Shown: one piece after another, positions 1-13,312 of the stretch
Numbering within the stretch: position 1 is the stretch's first letter
Layout: each line of letters starts with the position of its first letter
From: an uncultured Planctomycetaceae bacterium
GTDB taxonomy: Bacteria; Planctomycetota; Planctomycetia; Planctomycetales; Planctomycetaceae
DNA: 64,000 nt
Assembly (NCBI GenBank): GCA_963815195.1
Contig: CAWFGE010000004.1
Coordinates: 59,451-123,450, forward strand
Direction of reading: 5' to 3'
The notes under the pieces: model-generated
Database searches by the model: none
Told to the model about the DNA's origin: nothing
What the model saw: the letters and a program-made list of their open reading frames with translations, nothing else
Translations under genes and position numbers: made by a program

Positions 1-81
1 GACGTTCCGATGAGCCTTGGAATGAGATCTGAAGCCTCGATTCGTTCAAAGTGACCAGGGGGCTAACGCCCTCCGCTCGCC

Positions 82-456
82 TTATTCTTCTTCCTTGCCC
101 GAGGCCGATTCGCTGCGTTTGCGGAGGAAGCGGCCGCCGCTTAAGAACATGCCGTTGTCGCAGGGATGGCACCATTCGATGAGCACGCGGTACTCGAACT
201 GGCGGGTTTCGCTGGCCATCCGCACGGTGACTTCGCCGGGCGTTAACGAGCCGCGGTGCAAGAGCCCGATCCCCAGCCGGCTGATTTCGCGGGTCATCGC
301 GGAGATCGTGTTCCCGCGGCGGGTCGTGATTTCCGCGGGCACGGAGAGTTCCAACCGCTCGGCCTCGCGAACGTGCTCGCCGGGCGATTTTTCGATGCTT
401 TCCAAGACCCGTTGCAGATCTTCCAACGTGGGACGGCTCCAGGGATCACCCGACAT
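82..456 (-). CDS. PilZ-domain protein (c-di-GMP receptor-like)
   Basis: RxxxR (REAER) followed by a (D/E)xSxxG-like motif (EISRLG) and a beta-rich C-terminus ending GGRF; ATG at 456 preceded by GGAG. Confidence 0.7.
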   Translation of the reverse strand: MSGDPWSRPTLEDLQRVLESIEKSPGEHVREAERLELSVPAEITTRRGNTISAMTREISRLGIGLLHRGSLTPGEVTVRMASETRQFEYRVLIEWCHPCDNGMFLSGGRFLRKRSESASGKEEE

Positions 457-743
457 AAGATGTTTCTCCAAAGCAGAGGGCGAACCGCGCAAAAATCTGG
501 CGCGGGCAATGATCCAATCGACTTTAGAAAAACATAGCTCACGGTTTCCAAAAAACGAGGCGATTCCCGTTTTCGAACCGGGATTCCGCCTGGTTCGAGT
601 TGGTTCTATTTTGCCGGATACTCACGCCCGGCGGACTCTCGGGATGAGTGGGGCTCTGGATATTTTTTCAGCAGAGGAGTATTGTGACACCAATTCCTTT
701 TGATGCCGGTTTGTCTTCGCAGCCGTTGATTCGGAGAAAGCAT

Positions 744-1880
744 ATGAGTGACCGCAATCAACAGGTTCCCGAAGAAGAGGACGATCTCAAAGGATTTACG
801 ACGGGCCGACGGCGGGCGTGCGAACGAGGACGGATCTTTGTGGCGATGCCGCTGAATGCAAACCATTCAAACGCACTTTGGGAATTGATCCAACATACAT
901 GCAGCATCCACCAGTTCTCCATTCATCGAGGGAACACTTCGCACCGTCCGAGCAGCATCACCGCCGCCATTATCGATGAAATCGAACGGGCGGAAATTGT
1001 GATCGCCGACCTCACGGCAAGGAACCCCAATGTGCTTTATGAACTCGGTTTGGCACACATGCTTTGCGACGCCTTGATCCTGGTGGCGCAACAGGGAGAG
1101 AAACTCCCCTTCGACCTGCAGGATTTCCGCTGCATTTTCTTCGACTTGACTCAAAACCAGGGGCACATTGAATTCTCGACGGCGCTCGGAAATACTCTGG
1201 AATCGATTCGAGCGAATGCGCCGCCGATTGTGATTGACGATCCCATTCGTCGGACGCGAGAAATCATCGCGGATTTGGAGACATTGCTCCGTGGTTCAAA
1301 ACGGCTCAAGGAGGAAAAAGTCTGGTACAGCGGGTTTCTCTCTTCGTTTGCGATCGGTCCGGGAGATGAATTTGACGGAGTGGAGGCCGAATATCAAAAA
1401 GCCTTGCTCGAGGAGAAAGAGGCTTTGTTGAAGCTCGCCCAAGAGGGGTGCCAGATGTATTGCATTATCAGCCCGCCCGCTCATGACCTGATTGTCGAAC
1501 GCGCCCGGTTCGCGAATGCGAGAATCTCCCATCTGTTGAAATTCCTCGAAAGCGGCGATTCCGCGCTCGAGAATATTTATTGGGCCACGTCTCCCTTTCG
1601 TCAAAAGAACATGCACATTATCGGGAGAATCTCCTACTTCGAGGGATTTAGCAGGCCGCTTGAGCCGGGTTATGGCCTTACGTTGCGGCAATCCAGTCCG
1701 GACGCCATTGCCGCAAACATTTCCTTATACGAAACGTTATTCAAAACCCTGTCGGATCACACGAAAGCGAACTATCCCAGCGCAAAAGGGCACGATGAAA
1801 AAGCCTGGTTGCGGCAGGCAACGGTTCAGGCTCTCCGCCAGGCGTTGACCGCGTGTGATGAAGAAGAAGTCGGCGGGTAG
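744..1880 (+). CDS. Nucleoside 2-deoxyribosyltransferase-like (NDT/TIR-like fold) domain fused to an uncharacterised C-terminal domain
   Basis: N-terminal motifs IFVAMP...AEIVIADLT..NPNVLYELGLAH...LPFDL typical of NDT-like domains; ATG at 744 after GGAG; more AT-rich than its neighbours. Confidence 0.7.
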   Translation: MSDRNQQVPEEEDDLKGFTTGRRRACERGRIFVAMPLNANHSNALWELIQHTCSIHQFSIHRGNTSHRPSSITAAIIDEIERAEIVIADLTARNPNVLYELGLAHMLCDALILVAQQGEKLPFDLQDFRCIFFDLTQNQGHIEFSTALGNTLESIRANAPPIVIDDPIRRTREIIADLETLLRGSKRLKEEKVWYSGFLSSFAIGPGDEFDGVEAEYQKALLEEKEALLKLAQEGCQMYCIISPPAHDLIVERARFANARISHLLKFLESGDSALENIYWATSPFRQKNMHIIGRISYFEGFSRPLEPGYGLTLRQSSPDAIAANISLYETLFKTLSDHTKANYPSAKGHDEKAWLRQATVQALRQALTACDEEEVGG

Positions 1881-1886
1881 CCCGGG

Positions 1887-2267
1887 CTATGGCGCGCCTT
1901 CGATGGGGTAGCCGGCTTCTTTCCAGCCGCGGAAGCCGCCGTCCATCGAAATCACGTTGTCATAGCCCATCCGCTGGAGGTTTTCCGCCGCGAGAGCCGA
2001 GCGGTACCCGCCGCCGCAGTACAGGACGATGCCCGCATGGGGATCGGGGATCGCGTTTTCGACGTCGCGCTCGATCACGCCTTTGCCCAGGTGCAGAGCG
2101 CCCGGCAGGTGCCCCTTGGCGTATTCGCTTTCCTCGCGGACATCGACCAGATGAAACGATTCCCCCGCGTCGAGCCGCCGTTTCACATCCTCGACCACGC
2201 ATTCGCGCACGTGCTGCTTGGCATCGCTGGCAATCTTTAAAAACCGCTCCGAGTGCTTCTTGCCCAT
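1887..2267 (-). CDS. Single-domain rhodanese-like sulfurtransferase
   Basis: LVDVRE..EY..GHLPGA, active-site loop YCGGGYRS, MDGGF..W; ATG at 2267 after AGGAG. Confidence 0.9.
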   Translation of the reverse strand: MGKKHSERFLKIASDAKQHVRECVVEDVKRRLDAGESFHLVDVREESEYAKGHLPGALHLGKGVIERDVENAIPDPHAGIVLYCGGGYRSALAAENLQRMGYDNVISMDGGFRGWKEAGYPIEGAP

Positions 2268-2352
2268 GCTGATTTCTCCTGTGTTGCCTCTGTCCAATAA
2301 CTATCCAATTATCAGCCGGAACGCGCTCGTGTCCGGTTCTTCCCAAGAACCG

Positions 2353-2420
2353 GGGCGGTGCCCCCCTGCGGGCGGTGCCCCCCTGCGGGCGGTGCCCCCC
2401 TGCGGGCGGTGCCCCCCTGC
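2353..2420. repeat. Four exact tandem copies of the 17-bp unit GGGCGGTGCCCCCCTGC inside a REP-like palindromic element (~2312-2427)
   Basis: Copies at 2353, 2370, 2387 and 2404, preceded by a CCGGTTCT/AGAACCGG inverted pair. Confidence 0.9.
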
Positions 2421-2456
2421 GGCTAATAAATCGGACAATTATTGATCGAGCGATCC

Positions 2457-5373
2457 TTACTTCTTCGCGGTCGAGGCTTGGACCTGGGCCGGGTCCGCGG
2501 GGGGGGCGGGCGGTTCAAAGTTGTAGAGGCTTTGCCCGTTCTCGCCGTTCCAGATGCGGACCACGCCGTCTTCGCCGCCGGCGATCACGAGTTTTTCATC
2601 GGGGGTCGCGGCCACGGAATACACGTAATCCGTGTTGCCGGCGAAGTTGCGGTAGTTCTGGCGGTTCGACGTGCGATGATACCGCACCGTCTGGTCGCCG
2701 CCAGAGCTGACGATGTTCTCGCTGGTGCCCAGGAACTGGATCGAGGTCACCTGCTTGGAATAGTTGGTGATCGTCGTTTTCTGCTCGCCGGTGTCGGCGT
2801 TCCAGACCTTGATGGCATTATCGGCCCCCGCACTGACCAGCGTCGATTGGTCGGCTTGCCAGGAAACGTCCATCACGTGATGGGTGTGGCCTTCAAACGA
2901 GCGAATGTGCTTGCCGCTGGCGACATCGAAGGTCTTCACGAACTTGTCCGCCGCCCCGGAGACCAGAAACTTGCCGTCGCGGGAGAACTCCACGCCCAAC
3001 ACCGTGTCGCTGTGGGCGTCTTCGATGTTCTTGAGTAACTTCCGGCCGGCCACGTCCCAGATCATGAGTTCGCCGGACCGCGAAGGCTCTCCGCCGCCGG
3101 TGGCAAGGAGCTTTCCGTCCCGGCTGAAATCGAGGGCCAACACGCGGTTGACGAAAGGCGACGCCGACAGATCGAGCGGATTCTCCGCCGAAGGCCCCAA
3201 CGTGGCGACCAGCTTCCAGGGGGCATTCGTCCGCCAGGCGATCAGCTTGGTGTCGGCGGAGGCGGAAAGGAGGACATCATCCGCTCCGAAGGCCAACTGC
3301 TGCACCTGGGCGGCGCTGCCTTTCAGAACGTCCAAAGGCTTCCCAGTCACGGCCGACCACAACTGCACGATCTGGTCGTCGCCCGCGGTCGCGAACACCC
3401 GGCTGTCCGCCGAAAACGCCACGCTTTGGAGAGGCTTCGCCGAGGCGTTGTTCTCGTCGGTGGCTTTCTTGACCTCGGCCACCACGCCTTCCTGGTGCTT
3501 CTTCGCGGCTTCGTGCTCTTTCTTGGCTTCGTCCAGCTTGGTCTTGGCCCGTTCGACCGACTTCTTCGCGAGTTCCAAAGACCGGTCGGCGGCTTCCTGG
3601 GCGTCCGTCGCTTTTTTCAGTTCCGCTTCCTGCTTGGTGAGTTCCTTCTGGGCGTCCTCGACCTTTTTCTGGAGGCCTTTGTCGTCGGTCTTCTTCGCCA
3701 ACTCGTCCTGGGCGGCTTTCAACTTGGCTTTGGCGTCGTCGACTTTTTTCTGCGGGTCCTTCACCGCTTCGTCGGCTTTCTTCTTGGCTTCCTCGGCCGT
3801 TTTGACGGCGGCTTCGCGGTCTTTCTGGTTCTTGTCCGCGGCCTTTTCCGCATCGTCCGCGAGCTTGACCAACTGGTCGGCCACGGTTTTGTCCTCATTG
3901 ACGGCGTCCAGCTTCCGTTGCAGCTCGATGCCGCCTTTGACCTCGGCGATCTGCTGTCCGTTCGCTGCGTTCCAGAGCTTGGCGGTGTTCGCGGTGCTGG
4001 TGCTGGCGAAGGCTTTGCCGTCGGGACTGGCCGCGACATCGGTCACGCTGCCGCCGTGGGTCATGCTGCGGACTTGCCCGCCGCTGTTAATGTCCCACAC
4101 GCGCCACGGTGCCGTCTTCGCTGCCGCTGAGGACCTGGTTGCCGTTCGGAAGAATCAAATCGACCGAAGTCACCGGCTTGCCGTGGCCGTTCAGTTCGCG
4201 GACGGGCTGGATCGGTTCGGGCTTGCCGTCTTTGTCTTTTTTCTCTTCCGGCGTGCTGTTCCAGACGCGGAGCTTGTTGTCCTCATCGGCCGAGACCAAC
4301 AGCGTGCCGTCTTTGTTGATCGCCAAATCCCGCATCGCCGCGGGGGATTCCACTTGCCAAAGCTGTTTGCCGTCGGCGAGGTTCCAGCCGCGGAGCGTTT
4401 TGTCGGCCGAGGCGGAATAGAGTTTCGTCCCGTCCGGCGCGAAGGCCAGGCCTTTCACGGGGCCGCTGTGGCCGGCGAGGGTTTTCGTCACTTTGCCGTC
4501 GGCGGCCTGGGCGATTTGGATGCTGTTGTCGGCGCGGGCGATGGCGATTTGCTTTTTGTCGGGGCTATAAGTCAACGCCGTCGCCGGTTGGTTGCCCACG
4601 ACTTCGAAGGCCTGTTCGTTTTGGGGCCGTTGCCAGAGTTTCACCACGCGATACCCGCCGGAGGCAAGCAGGTTGCCGTCCGGGCTGAACGCGAGCGAAT
4701 GCACGAAATCCCGGTGGGCCGCGCCCTGGGGATACATCGGCTTGCCGTTAAACTGGAGCGAGCTGAGGTTCGGGTCGAAGAGTTGTCCCAGTTCCCGGCC
4801 GCCCGCGACATCGTAGAGGGTGATCTGATTGCCCCGCCCCGCCGCCGCGGTGTTGGTGCGCGGAGAAAGGGCCACGCTGTAAACGGCTTTCATGCCGCTG
4901 GGCAGAGGTTGCCAGTTGACGGCATGCTGGGCCGCCCCGCTGCCGCCCGCGGCCCCCTCGACAATCCACTGTCGGAGGATGCCGACTTCTTTGGGGGTCA
5001 ACGCGTGGGCATCGACCTGGTTGGGGAGCGGAGGCATCGCCGGCTTTTGCGACCGCGAGGCGAGCTTGTAGAGCAGGCTTTTGTCGGGTTCCTTGGGAAC
5101 GATCGCCGGGCCGCGTTTGCCGCCTTTCTTGATCGTGTCGATTTCTTCCAGGTTGAGCTTGCCTTCCGAGATGGCGACGTTATGGCAGCCGACGCAGTTG
5201 GCTTCCAGAAACGGATACACGTCCCGCTGGAAATCCACCGGCCGGCCCAGGCTGATTTTCTCGGGCTCGATCTTGCCGACGTCCTTTTCCTTGTCGGCTC
5301 CCTGAACCGGACCGGAAACGAACAAGCCCAAACCCAAGAGCACAACAGCGGAGAGAGCGGCTGGGATCCTCAT
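2457..5373 (-). CDS. Secreted planctomycete cytochrome c (PSCyt1) + WD40 + coiled-coil + WD40 protein; one frameshift near 4100
   Basis: Signal peptide from ATG 5373, VDF..DVYP.LEANCVGCH (CxxCH), MPP motif, many WD40 repeats and a K/A/E-rich coil; ORFs 4087-5547 and 2457-4100 join across a +1 indel within a WD repeat (GTV-RVWD). Confidence 0.85.
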
Positions 5374-5563
5374 CAAATTTCCCCGTAACAAAAGGCGTGT
5401 GTCAAAACGGCCGCGCCCGGCGGCGACGAACCAAATCGGAAAATCAGGACCGGGCGGGAAAGGTAGGGTATGATTAGCCATCCATGGAATGAAAAAGCCG
5501 CGGACGAGGGCCACCCGCCCGCGGCGATTGGATTGGTTCCGGTCCATCAGGCGGACCGTGTGC

Positions 5564-8101
<2,538 letters not shown>

Positions 8102-8507
8102 GTGTCTCTCCCACTTGATTCAAAACTCGTGAACAGCTTGGGAGATGGCGCACTCAGCGTTTGAGAGGGGCCATCGTTGTGGTTGGTTTCGGTATGTTCG
8201 TCGTTGGCTGGTTTGGGTTGGTGTGGTTGGCGGAGAAATCAGGCGAGTTCCCATCTTGGAAGATAAGACAGCTTCTCCACTTTCAACATATCAATATCCG
8301 TTGGAATGTCAACGTTCCAATCCCGTTTCCTGGAAAACTCTCTTTTCAACAATTGACGGTTTGGACCGGCCGGTTATCCGGTTTTTGCCGAAACCTCCAA
8401 AATTTCCCTGGGATTGGCCCCGGCCGCCCTGGGACCTACAATAAATCCCAGTCCAAGCGCAAAAGATTTCTTCGCGTTGACAACTCAATGGAGCAGTATC
8501 CACAACC

Positions 8508-9754
8508 ATGACCGATCACTCGCATACCGTGGAGGAAGCTCTCGCCGCCCTCAAAGAAGGCCGGCTGGTGATCGTCGTCGACGCCGAGGAACGCGAAAAC
8601 GAAGGCGACTTCATCTGTGCGGCCGAGACGATCACCGCCGAGACGGTCGATTTCATGCTCCGCTGGGGCCGGGGCGTGGTCTGCGTGCCCATGACCAAAG
8701 ACACCGCCGACCGCTTGAACCTCCATCCCATCGTCCAGGACACCTTAAACACCTCCGCCCACGGCACCCCGTTTCTCGTGCCGATCGACCACAAAGACAG
8801 CGGCACCGGCGTCAGCCCCCACAACCGGGCCCTCACAATTCGCAAGCTGAGCGACCCCAAAACCGCTCGCCGGGGAATTCCAGCGGCCCGGGCACGTCAA
8901 TCCGCTGTTGGCGAAAGAAGGCGGCGTCCTCCGCCGGGCCGGCCATACCGAAGCCACCGTCGATCTTCTGCAAATGGCCGGCATGCGGCCGGTCGGGGCG
9001 CTCATCGAAATCTGCAGCCAGACCACGCTCGACATGGCGAGCTACGATGAACTCCGCCAAATCTCCCGGGAGCACGACATCCCGATCATCACGATCGAGG
9101 AACTCATTCGGCATCGCCGGGTCCGCGAACGCCTCGTGCACCGCGAAGCCGACGTCGTCATCCCCACCACCAACTTCGGCAACCCCCGGCTCATCGGCTA
9201 CCGCGTCGAGCACGAAAACCAGGAACCGCTTGGCGATGGTCTGGGGCGATCTCAAAGCCGCCGACAAACCGCCCCTGGTCCGCATGCACTCCTCGTGCTT
9301 CACAGGGGATTTGATGGATTCCCTCCGCTGCGACTGCGGAGACCAGCTCCACATGGCGATGGAAATGATCCACCGCGAAGGCCAAGGCGTCGTGGTCTAT
9401 CTGCCCCAAGAGGGCCGGGGCATCGGATTGCTCGCGAAGCTCAAAGCCTACGAGCTCCAGGACACAGGCAGCGACACGGTGGAAGCCAACGAGCAACTGG
9501 GCTTCAAAGCCGACCACCGGGACTACATGGTCGGCCTGCAAATCCTCAAAGACCTGGGCCTCTCCGAAATCCGCCTGCTCACGAACAACCCGAAAAAGAC
9601 GGACGCCTTCACGCTCTCCGGCATGGATCTCAGGGTCGTCGAGCAAGTCCCGATCATCGCCCCCCCGCACAAACACCGCGAACGCTACCTCGCCACCAAA
9701 CGCGACAAACTAGGACACCTCCTCCCCGCCGGCAACCAGGACGCGGCCGATTGA
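8508..9754 (+). CDS. ribBA: Bifunctional DHBP synthase / GTP cyclohydrolase II; frameshifts near 8865 and 9230
   Basis: RENEGD, PGHV.PL..KEGGVLRRAGHTEA, VRMHSSCFTGD...SLRCDCG, QEGRGIGL and LLTNNP.K spread over three reading frames. Confidence 0.93.
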
Positions 9755-9848
9755 GCGAAGAATGGAGAGCCGGTTCCGCCCGCCTTTTGGTTTGAGAACG
9801 CCATCCACCCTAACATCGCTGGCCGGCACAGCCGGCCCTACGCCACTC
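9658..9848. repeat. 191-bp direct repeat, copy 1 (ribBA 3' end + GTAG-type REP)
   Basis: Identical to 13558-13748 (offset exactly 3900). Confidence 0.95.
9821..9841 (-). repeat. GTAG-type REP hairpin GTAGGGCCGGCTGTGCCGGCC (second copy at 13721-13741)
   Basis: GTAG tetranucleotide followed by a GGCCGGC/GCCGGCC palindrome, the architecture of RAYT-associated REPs. Confidence 0.7.
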
Positions 9849-9873
9849 ATGGGGAGAACAGGAGGTCCATACC

Positions 9874-10881
9874 ATGAAGTATTTCACCGTGCTGATTATC
9901 ACTTGCCTACTGAATTTCCCAATTCAGGCGGGGGGTGTTCGTAGCCCCAAAAAGCCGAAATCAGAGCAAGAATCGCCGATGTCGGAATCACCGAAACATC
10001 TCTTCAGTCGATTGCCCGAGTTTAAAGCCGGTGCCCTCTGGAATGACAACAAACTCAAGATGAAGTTCCGCTGGTGCCCGCCCGGATCCTACTTGATGGG
10101 CAGCCCGAACGAGGAGTTTAACGGTCACGCACTTGGACAGGTTCCCGTCAAGCTGACCAAAGGGTTTTGGATCGGTGAGACCGAGGTGTCGCAGAAACAA
10201 TGGCAGTCGTTGATGGGCAACACGGTCCAAGACCAGCGGGACAGGGAGCAAGCTGAGCTGACGAAAGGAGTTGCCGACGATCCGGCCAAATTTGGAAAAG
10301 GGGATCGGTTTCCCATGTATTTCGTCAGTTGGGAGGAGGCAATGCAGTTCTGCCAAAAACTAACGGAAGCCGACCGAAAGTCTGGAAAACTGCCGGCCGA
10401 TTGGGAGTACACCCTGCCTACTGAAGCCCAATGGGAATACGCTTGTCGAGCCGGTACGACTACAGCGACCGCGTTTGGCGACTTGCTGAGTAGCCATCAA
10501 GCCAATTTTGACGGCGATCACCCCTACACAAACATCAACGATAAAGACTTGGAAGATCGTGCTCCCGAAGGCCCGGATCGGCGTCATGCCGTGCCAGTGG
10601 GCAGCTTCCGACCCAACGGGTGGAATCTGTATGATATGCACGGAAACCTTCAGGAGTGGTGCCGCGACTGGTACAACGAGAAAATGCTCCTTGGTGGAAC
10701 AGATCCGGAAGTGACGGAAAAGGCCGATTTCCGAGTACTGCGGGGTGGAAGTTGGCTCCATACAGGTGCGGGTTGTCTTTCCTGCTACCGGTTTTATGAT
10801 ATACCAGGAAGCCGCACGACCAAGATTGGTTTTCGCGTCGCTTTGGTGCAAATCCCCGTTAAGCCAGGCAAGAAGAAATAG
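9874..10881 (+). CDS. Secreted formylglycine-generating enzyme (FGE-sulfatase/SUMF1) family protein
   Basis: Signal peptide; F.W.PPG.YLMGS, LPTEAQWEYACRAG, N.W.LYDMHGN..EWC.D, RVLRGGSW, GFRV; GGAGG RBS. Confidence 0.9.
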   Translation: MKYFTVLIITCLLNFPIQAGGVRSPKKPKSEQESPMSESPKHLFSRLPEFKAGALWNDNKLKMKFRWCPPGSYLMGSPNEEFNGHALGQVPVKLTKGFWIGETEVSQKQWQSLMGNTVQDQRDREQAELTKGVADDPAKFGKGDRFPMYFVSWEEAMQFCQKLTEADRKSGKLPADWEYTLPTEAQWEYACRAGTTTATAFGDLLSSHQANFDGDHPYTNINDKDLEDRAPEGPDRRHAVPVGSFRPNGWNLYDMHGNLQEWCRDWYNEKMLLGGTDPEVTEKADFRVLRGGSWLHTGAGCLSCYRFYDIPGSRTTKIGFRVALVQIPVKPGKKK

Positions 10882-10921
10882 CGTCAAGTCGTCTCCTTTT
10901 CGGGTTTTGATAAAGGCACGA

Positions 10922-11075
10922 CGGCGGGGTGGCATGCTCATGGCTTTGCATGAGCATGCATTTGGATGAAACTTTGATTCCTTGAAATCAAAAAATACGG
11001 CCAAAAAACAGGGGCCATGTCACATCACGTTCGGAAAACATGCTCATGCAAAGCCATGAGCATGCCACCCTGCCG
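10922..11075. repeat. ~154-bp REPIN/MITE-like element with 37-bp terminal inverted repeats, copy 1
   Basis: Left arm CGGCGGGGTGGCATGCTCATGGCTTTGCATGAGCATG, with the reverse complement (1 mismatch) at the right end; each arm contains its own 10-bp hairpin. Confidence 0.88.
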
Positions 11076-11292
11076 CTCAAAATGGCAGGCGGGAGCCTGC
11101 CCTACAATTACTTGAGGATCATCGGCAGCGAGTCGTAGCTCAAATCGGAAGTCTGTATACTTCATGGTTGTGTTTCTCCGGGGAAGCCAAGTAGGGCAGG
11201 CTCCCGCCTGCCTTCCCCAATTTCCCGACACGAGCCAAGTCAATTGCGGACGTCGCTCAAAATGGCAGGCGGGAGCCTGCCCTACAATTACT
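11074..11292. repeat. Three GTAG-type REPs GTAGGGCAGGCTCCCGCCTGCC (11084-11105 -, 11191-11212 +, 11264-11285 -) and a 39-bp direct repeat (11074-11112 / 11254-11292)
   Basis: Read directly from the sequence; a degenerate copy occurs at 38431. Confidence 0.88.
11113..11165 (-). pseudogene. 5' stub of a gene (MKYTDFRFELRLAADDP) truncated at a REP junction
   Basis: GGAG RBS + ATG at 11165; the frame runs into the 39-bp repeat at 11112. Confidence 0.4.
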
Positions 11293-11523
11293 GCGGTTGC
11301 CCAGAAACCTAAACGAAAAGCAACAGAGAAATCCAATGGAAAGCAAACAGAGGCGACACAAGAACAAAACGAAAAGTCAGCCGAGCACTGGTTAAACAAA
11401 GCAAAAGGGTTGGAGGCCAGTAACCCTGGATATTATCGCGCCTATCTCAGGAAAACTTTAAAAGACTTTCCAGGGACCAAGGCTGCTGCAGAAGCCAAAC
11501 AACTATTGGAGAAGGAAAAATGA
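11293..11523 (+). pseudogene. 3' fragment of a helical (TPR-like tail) protein lacking its own start
   Basis: Protein-like end ...YLRKTLKDFPGTKAAAEAKQLL; the upstream part of ORF 11164-11523 is merely translated REP sequence. Confidence 0.55.
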
Positions 11524-11557
11524 TTAACTACTTTTTCGCCGTTCTATGTGCTGTTTT

Positions 11558-12100
11558 CAGTTCGAGTTTCGCACATTTCTGGCGTCACCCGGTGAGGGTG
11601 GCCAGGTACGTTAGCAGGTTTATGTTGTTATTTTGGAGACTGCTGCCTGGCGGCACTGTCGATTTTCTCTTCCCAGGTCAAGCGGCGGAGGGTGGTCAGC
11701 ATATCTGCAAAACTCGGCTGTGCTTGCGCGTGTACCAAGGGCGGTTCGGAGACCGCACGTGCGCGTGGCCGTGTTCGGCATACCACAACACGGTCAAGCT
11801 ATATAAGAACATGGCCATCGGCGTTGTGCGTTCCACCGCCAGAGGCAGGCGGTTGGCCGGGTCTTCCAAACCCAAATACTGTTTGGCATCGTGATGCGTG
11901 ACTTCGATCGACCACCGACAAGCATAGGCCGACAGGATGCTGCGTGCGTCCCTCGCCAAATCGGTGCAGTAGTAGATTTGCATCGGCGCCTTGCCTTCCA
12001 AGTCGCGGGTCAATACGAATGTGAGCAAGCGGTCCTTGCCGGCTTTGTAATACAATCCCTGGCGGGTCTTGACCTCGAGTGTCGTGTGCAGTCCGTCTCA
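11558..12100 (-). mobile_element. IS701/IS4-like DDE transposase 3' remnant with probable terminal repeat
   Basis: YYCTD...Y..RWSIEV...DAKQ.LGLE motif, PWY..K then frameshifted PSFADML..LRR; probable IS end CAGTTCGAGTTTCGC at 11558. Confidence 0.8.
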
Positions 12101-13238
12101 GTCATTGTCAAATCCGTCGATAAGACACATTAATGAAACGCCCACGTTGTTGAAGTGCGTTCAGTCGGGCGAACCCCAAAGCGGATCAGCCTCAGAAGCC
12201 CTTTTTTCTGGAAATCGATTGGTTACATGGCCACCCCGCGACCGGCGTACTACCCGACCTCCGAGCTTATTCCAGATTCGCGACCCTCATTCGCTAAAAG
12301 TCGTGCGTAATGTGAACCTAAAGCTTGGTGGCGCGGGTGGTCTTACCTCCTTGGATGGAACCCCTTGGGTGAGTTTTGTAGGAAACGAAGAATCCGATAA
12401 GAAAAAGATCCCTGATGAGATACTTTACCTGGTCAACACAGATTCCGGCAATGTCGTAGTCCGCTTCAGATGCGCGCCGTTGCAGGATGGTCGCTTGACA
12501 GGTGATAACATCAACTTGGTAGGGGTGTGGAAGAAACGCCTGTGGGTCGAACTTTCCAAGAGTGACGGTAAAGGGATCAACAGAATAGTTTTTGGTCCAA
12601 TCGAGAAAGGTGACTTGCACCCTCTTTGTAAAATGGAAGGGTTTTCGATTCCCGTGGGCTGTCTTTCCAATGGTGAGCTTGGAGTAATGCGAGGTGGTGA
12701 GCTTTTCTCTGTGAGCGATAACGGAAAAGTGACGAAGACCGGCATCGACAACGCCAATGCCGAGCGCCTTACTCTAAGCCACGACGGCCGTCGGTTAATC
12801 ACCACGAGTACAAAATGGGGAGAGGGAAATACAAAATGGGGAGAGGGAAAGAATTGGGACGCCAAAGGATTGATCGACATCTATGATATCAAAACCAAGC
12901 AGCGCATTATCCGCAAACAAATCGACTCATGTGTTTCATCGATCCAGTTTGTCAGATTTGGCGGTAAAGAGTATGTCCTTTACACATCGAATCGCTACAA
13001 ACCAGGCCCTGAATTTGAAGAAAATGGTAACTGTATTTACGAGGGTCGACTTACCCTGTGGGATTATGCAAATGACCGAGAAATCATGGTAAAGGATTTT
13101 CCACACAGTGTGCATCAAGTGCATCTGTCTTCGAATCAGGATCATCTTTGCCTCGAAATTGGAGCAGCAGAGGGCACACCCTTGCAAGATACCTGGACGC
13201 GTTACCTCATTTGGTCTGTCAAACATGCGAAAAAGTGA
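12069..13238 (+). CDS. Hypothetical beta-propeller-like protein, probably 5'-truncated at the IS remnant
   Basis: Long AT-rich ORF with WD-like blades (LTLSHDGRRL, IDIYDI, LTLWDY); no convincing start or signal peptide; in-frame 21-bp duplication at 12809-12850. Confidence 0.6.
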   Translation: MTSSVVCSPSQSLSNPSIRHINETPTLLKCVQSGEPQSGSASEALFSGNRLVTWPPRDRRTTRPPSLFQIRDPHSLKVVRNVNLKLGGAGGLTSLDGTPWVSFVGNEESDKKKIPDEILYLVNTDSGNVVVRFRCAPLQDGRLTGDNINLVGVWKKRLWVELSKSDGKGINRIVFGPIEKGDLHPLCKMEGFSIPVGCLSNGELGVMRGGELFSVSDNGKVTKTGIDNANAERLTLSHDGRRLITTSTKWGEGNTKWGEGKNWDAKGLIDIYDIKTKQRIIRKQIDSCVSSIQFVRFGGKEYVLYTSNRYKPGPEFEENGNCIYEGRLTLWDYANDREIMVKDFPHSVHQVHLSSNQDHLCLEIGAAEGTPLQDTWTRYLIWSVKHAKK

Positions 13239-13312
13239 TATAGCGACTGTTTAGCATGTCAGCCCAGTAGAAGACACTGTATGAAGCATTTGTTTTGGCC
13301 GATGTTGTGATT

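Noticed and set aside
2353..2420. Possible CRISPR array
   Set aside because: The repeats are contiguous with no spacers, and no cas genes are present.
2884..5388. Long antisense ORFs (e.g. 2884-5388 +, 14736-17162 +, 42970-45099 -, 49295-51106 -)
   Set aside because: These are shadow frames of real high-GC genes with no independent domain signatures.
8160..8507. FMN riboswitch upstream of ribBA
   Set aside because: No recognisable RFN consensus (AGGGCGGGGTGAAATTCCC...ACCGGCGG) was found.
8508..9754. ribBA (and waaF, hldE, etc.) as pseudogenes or programmed frameshifts
   Set aside because: All catalytic motifs are intact, there are no slippery heptamers, and the same indel pattern recurs across the window; sequencing error is more parsimonious.
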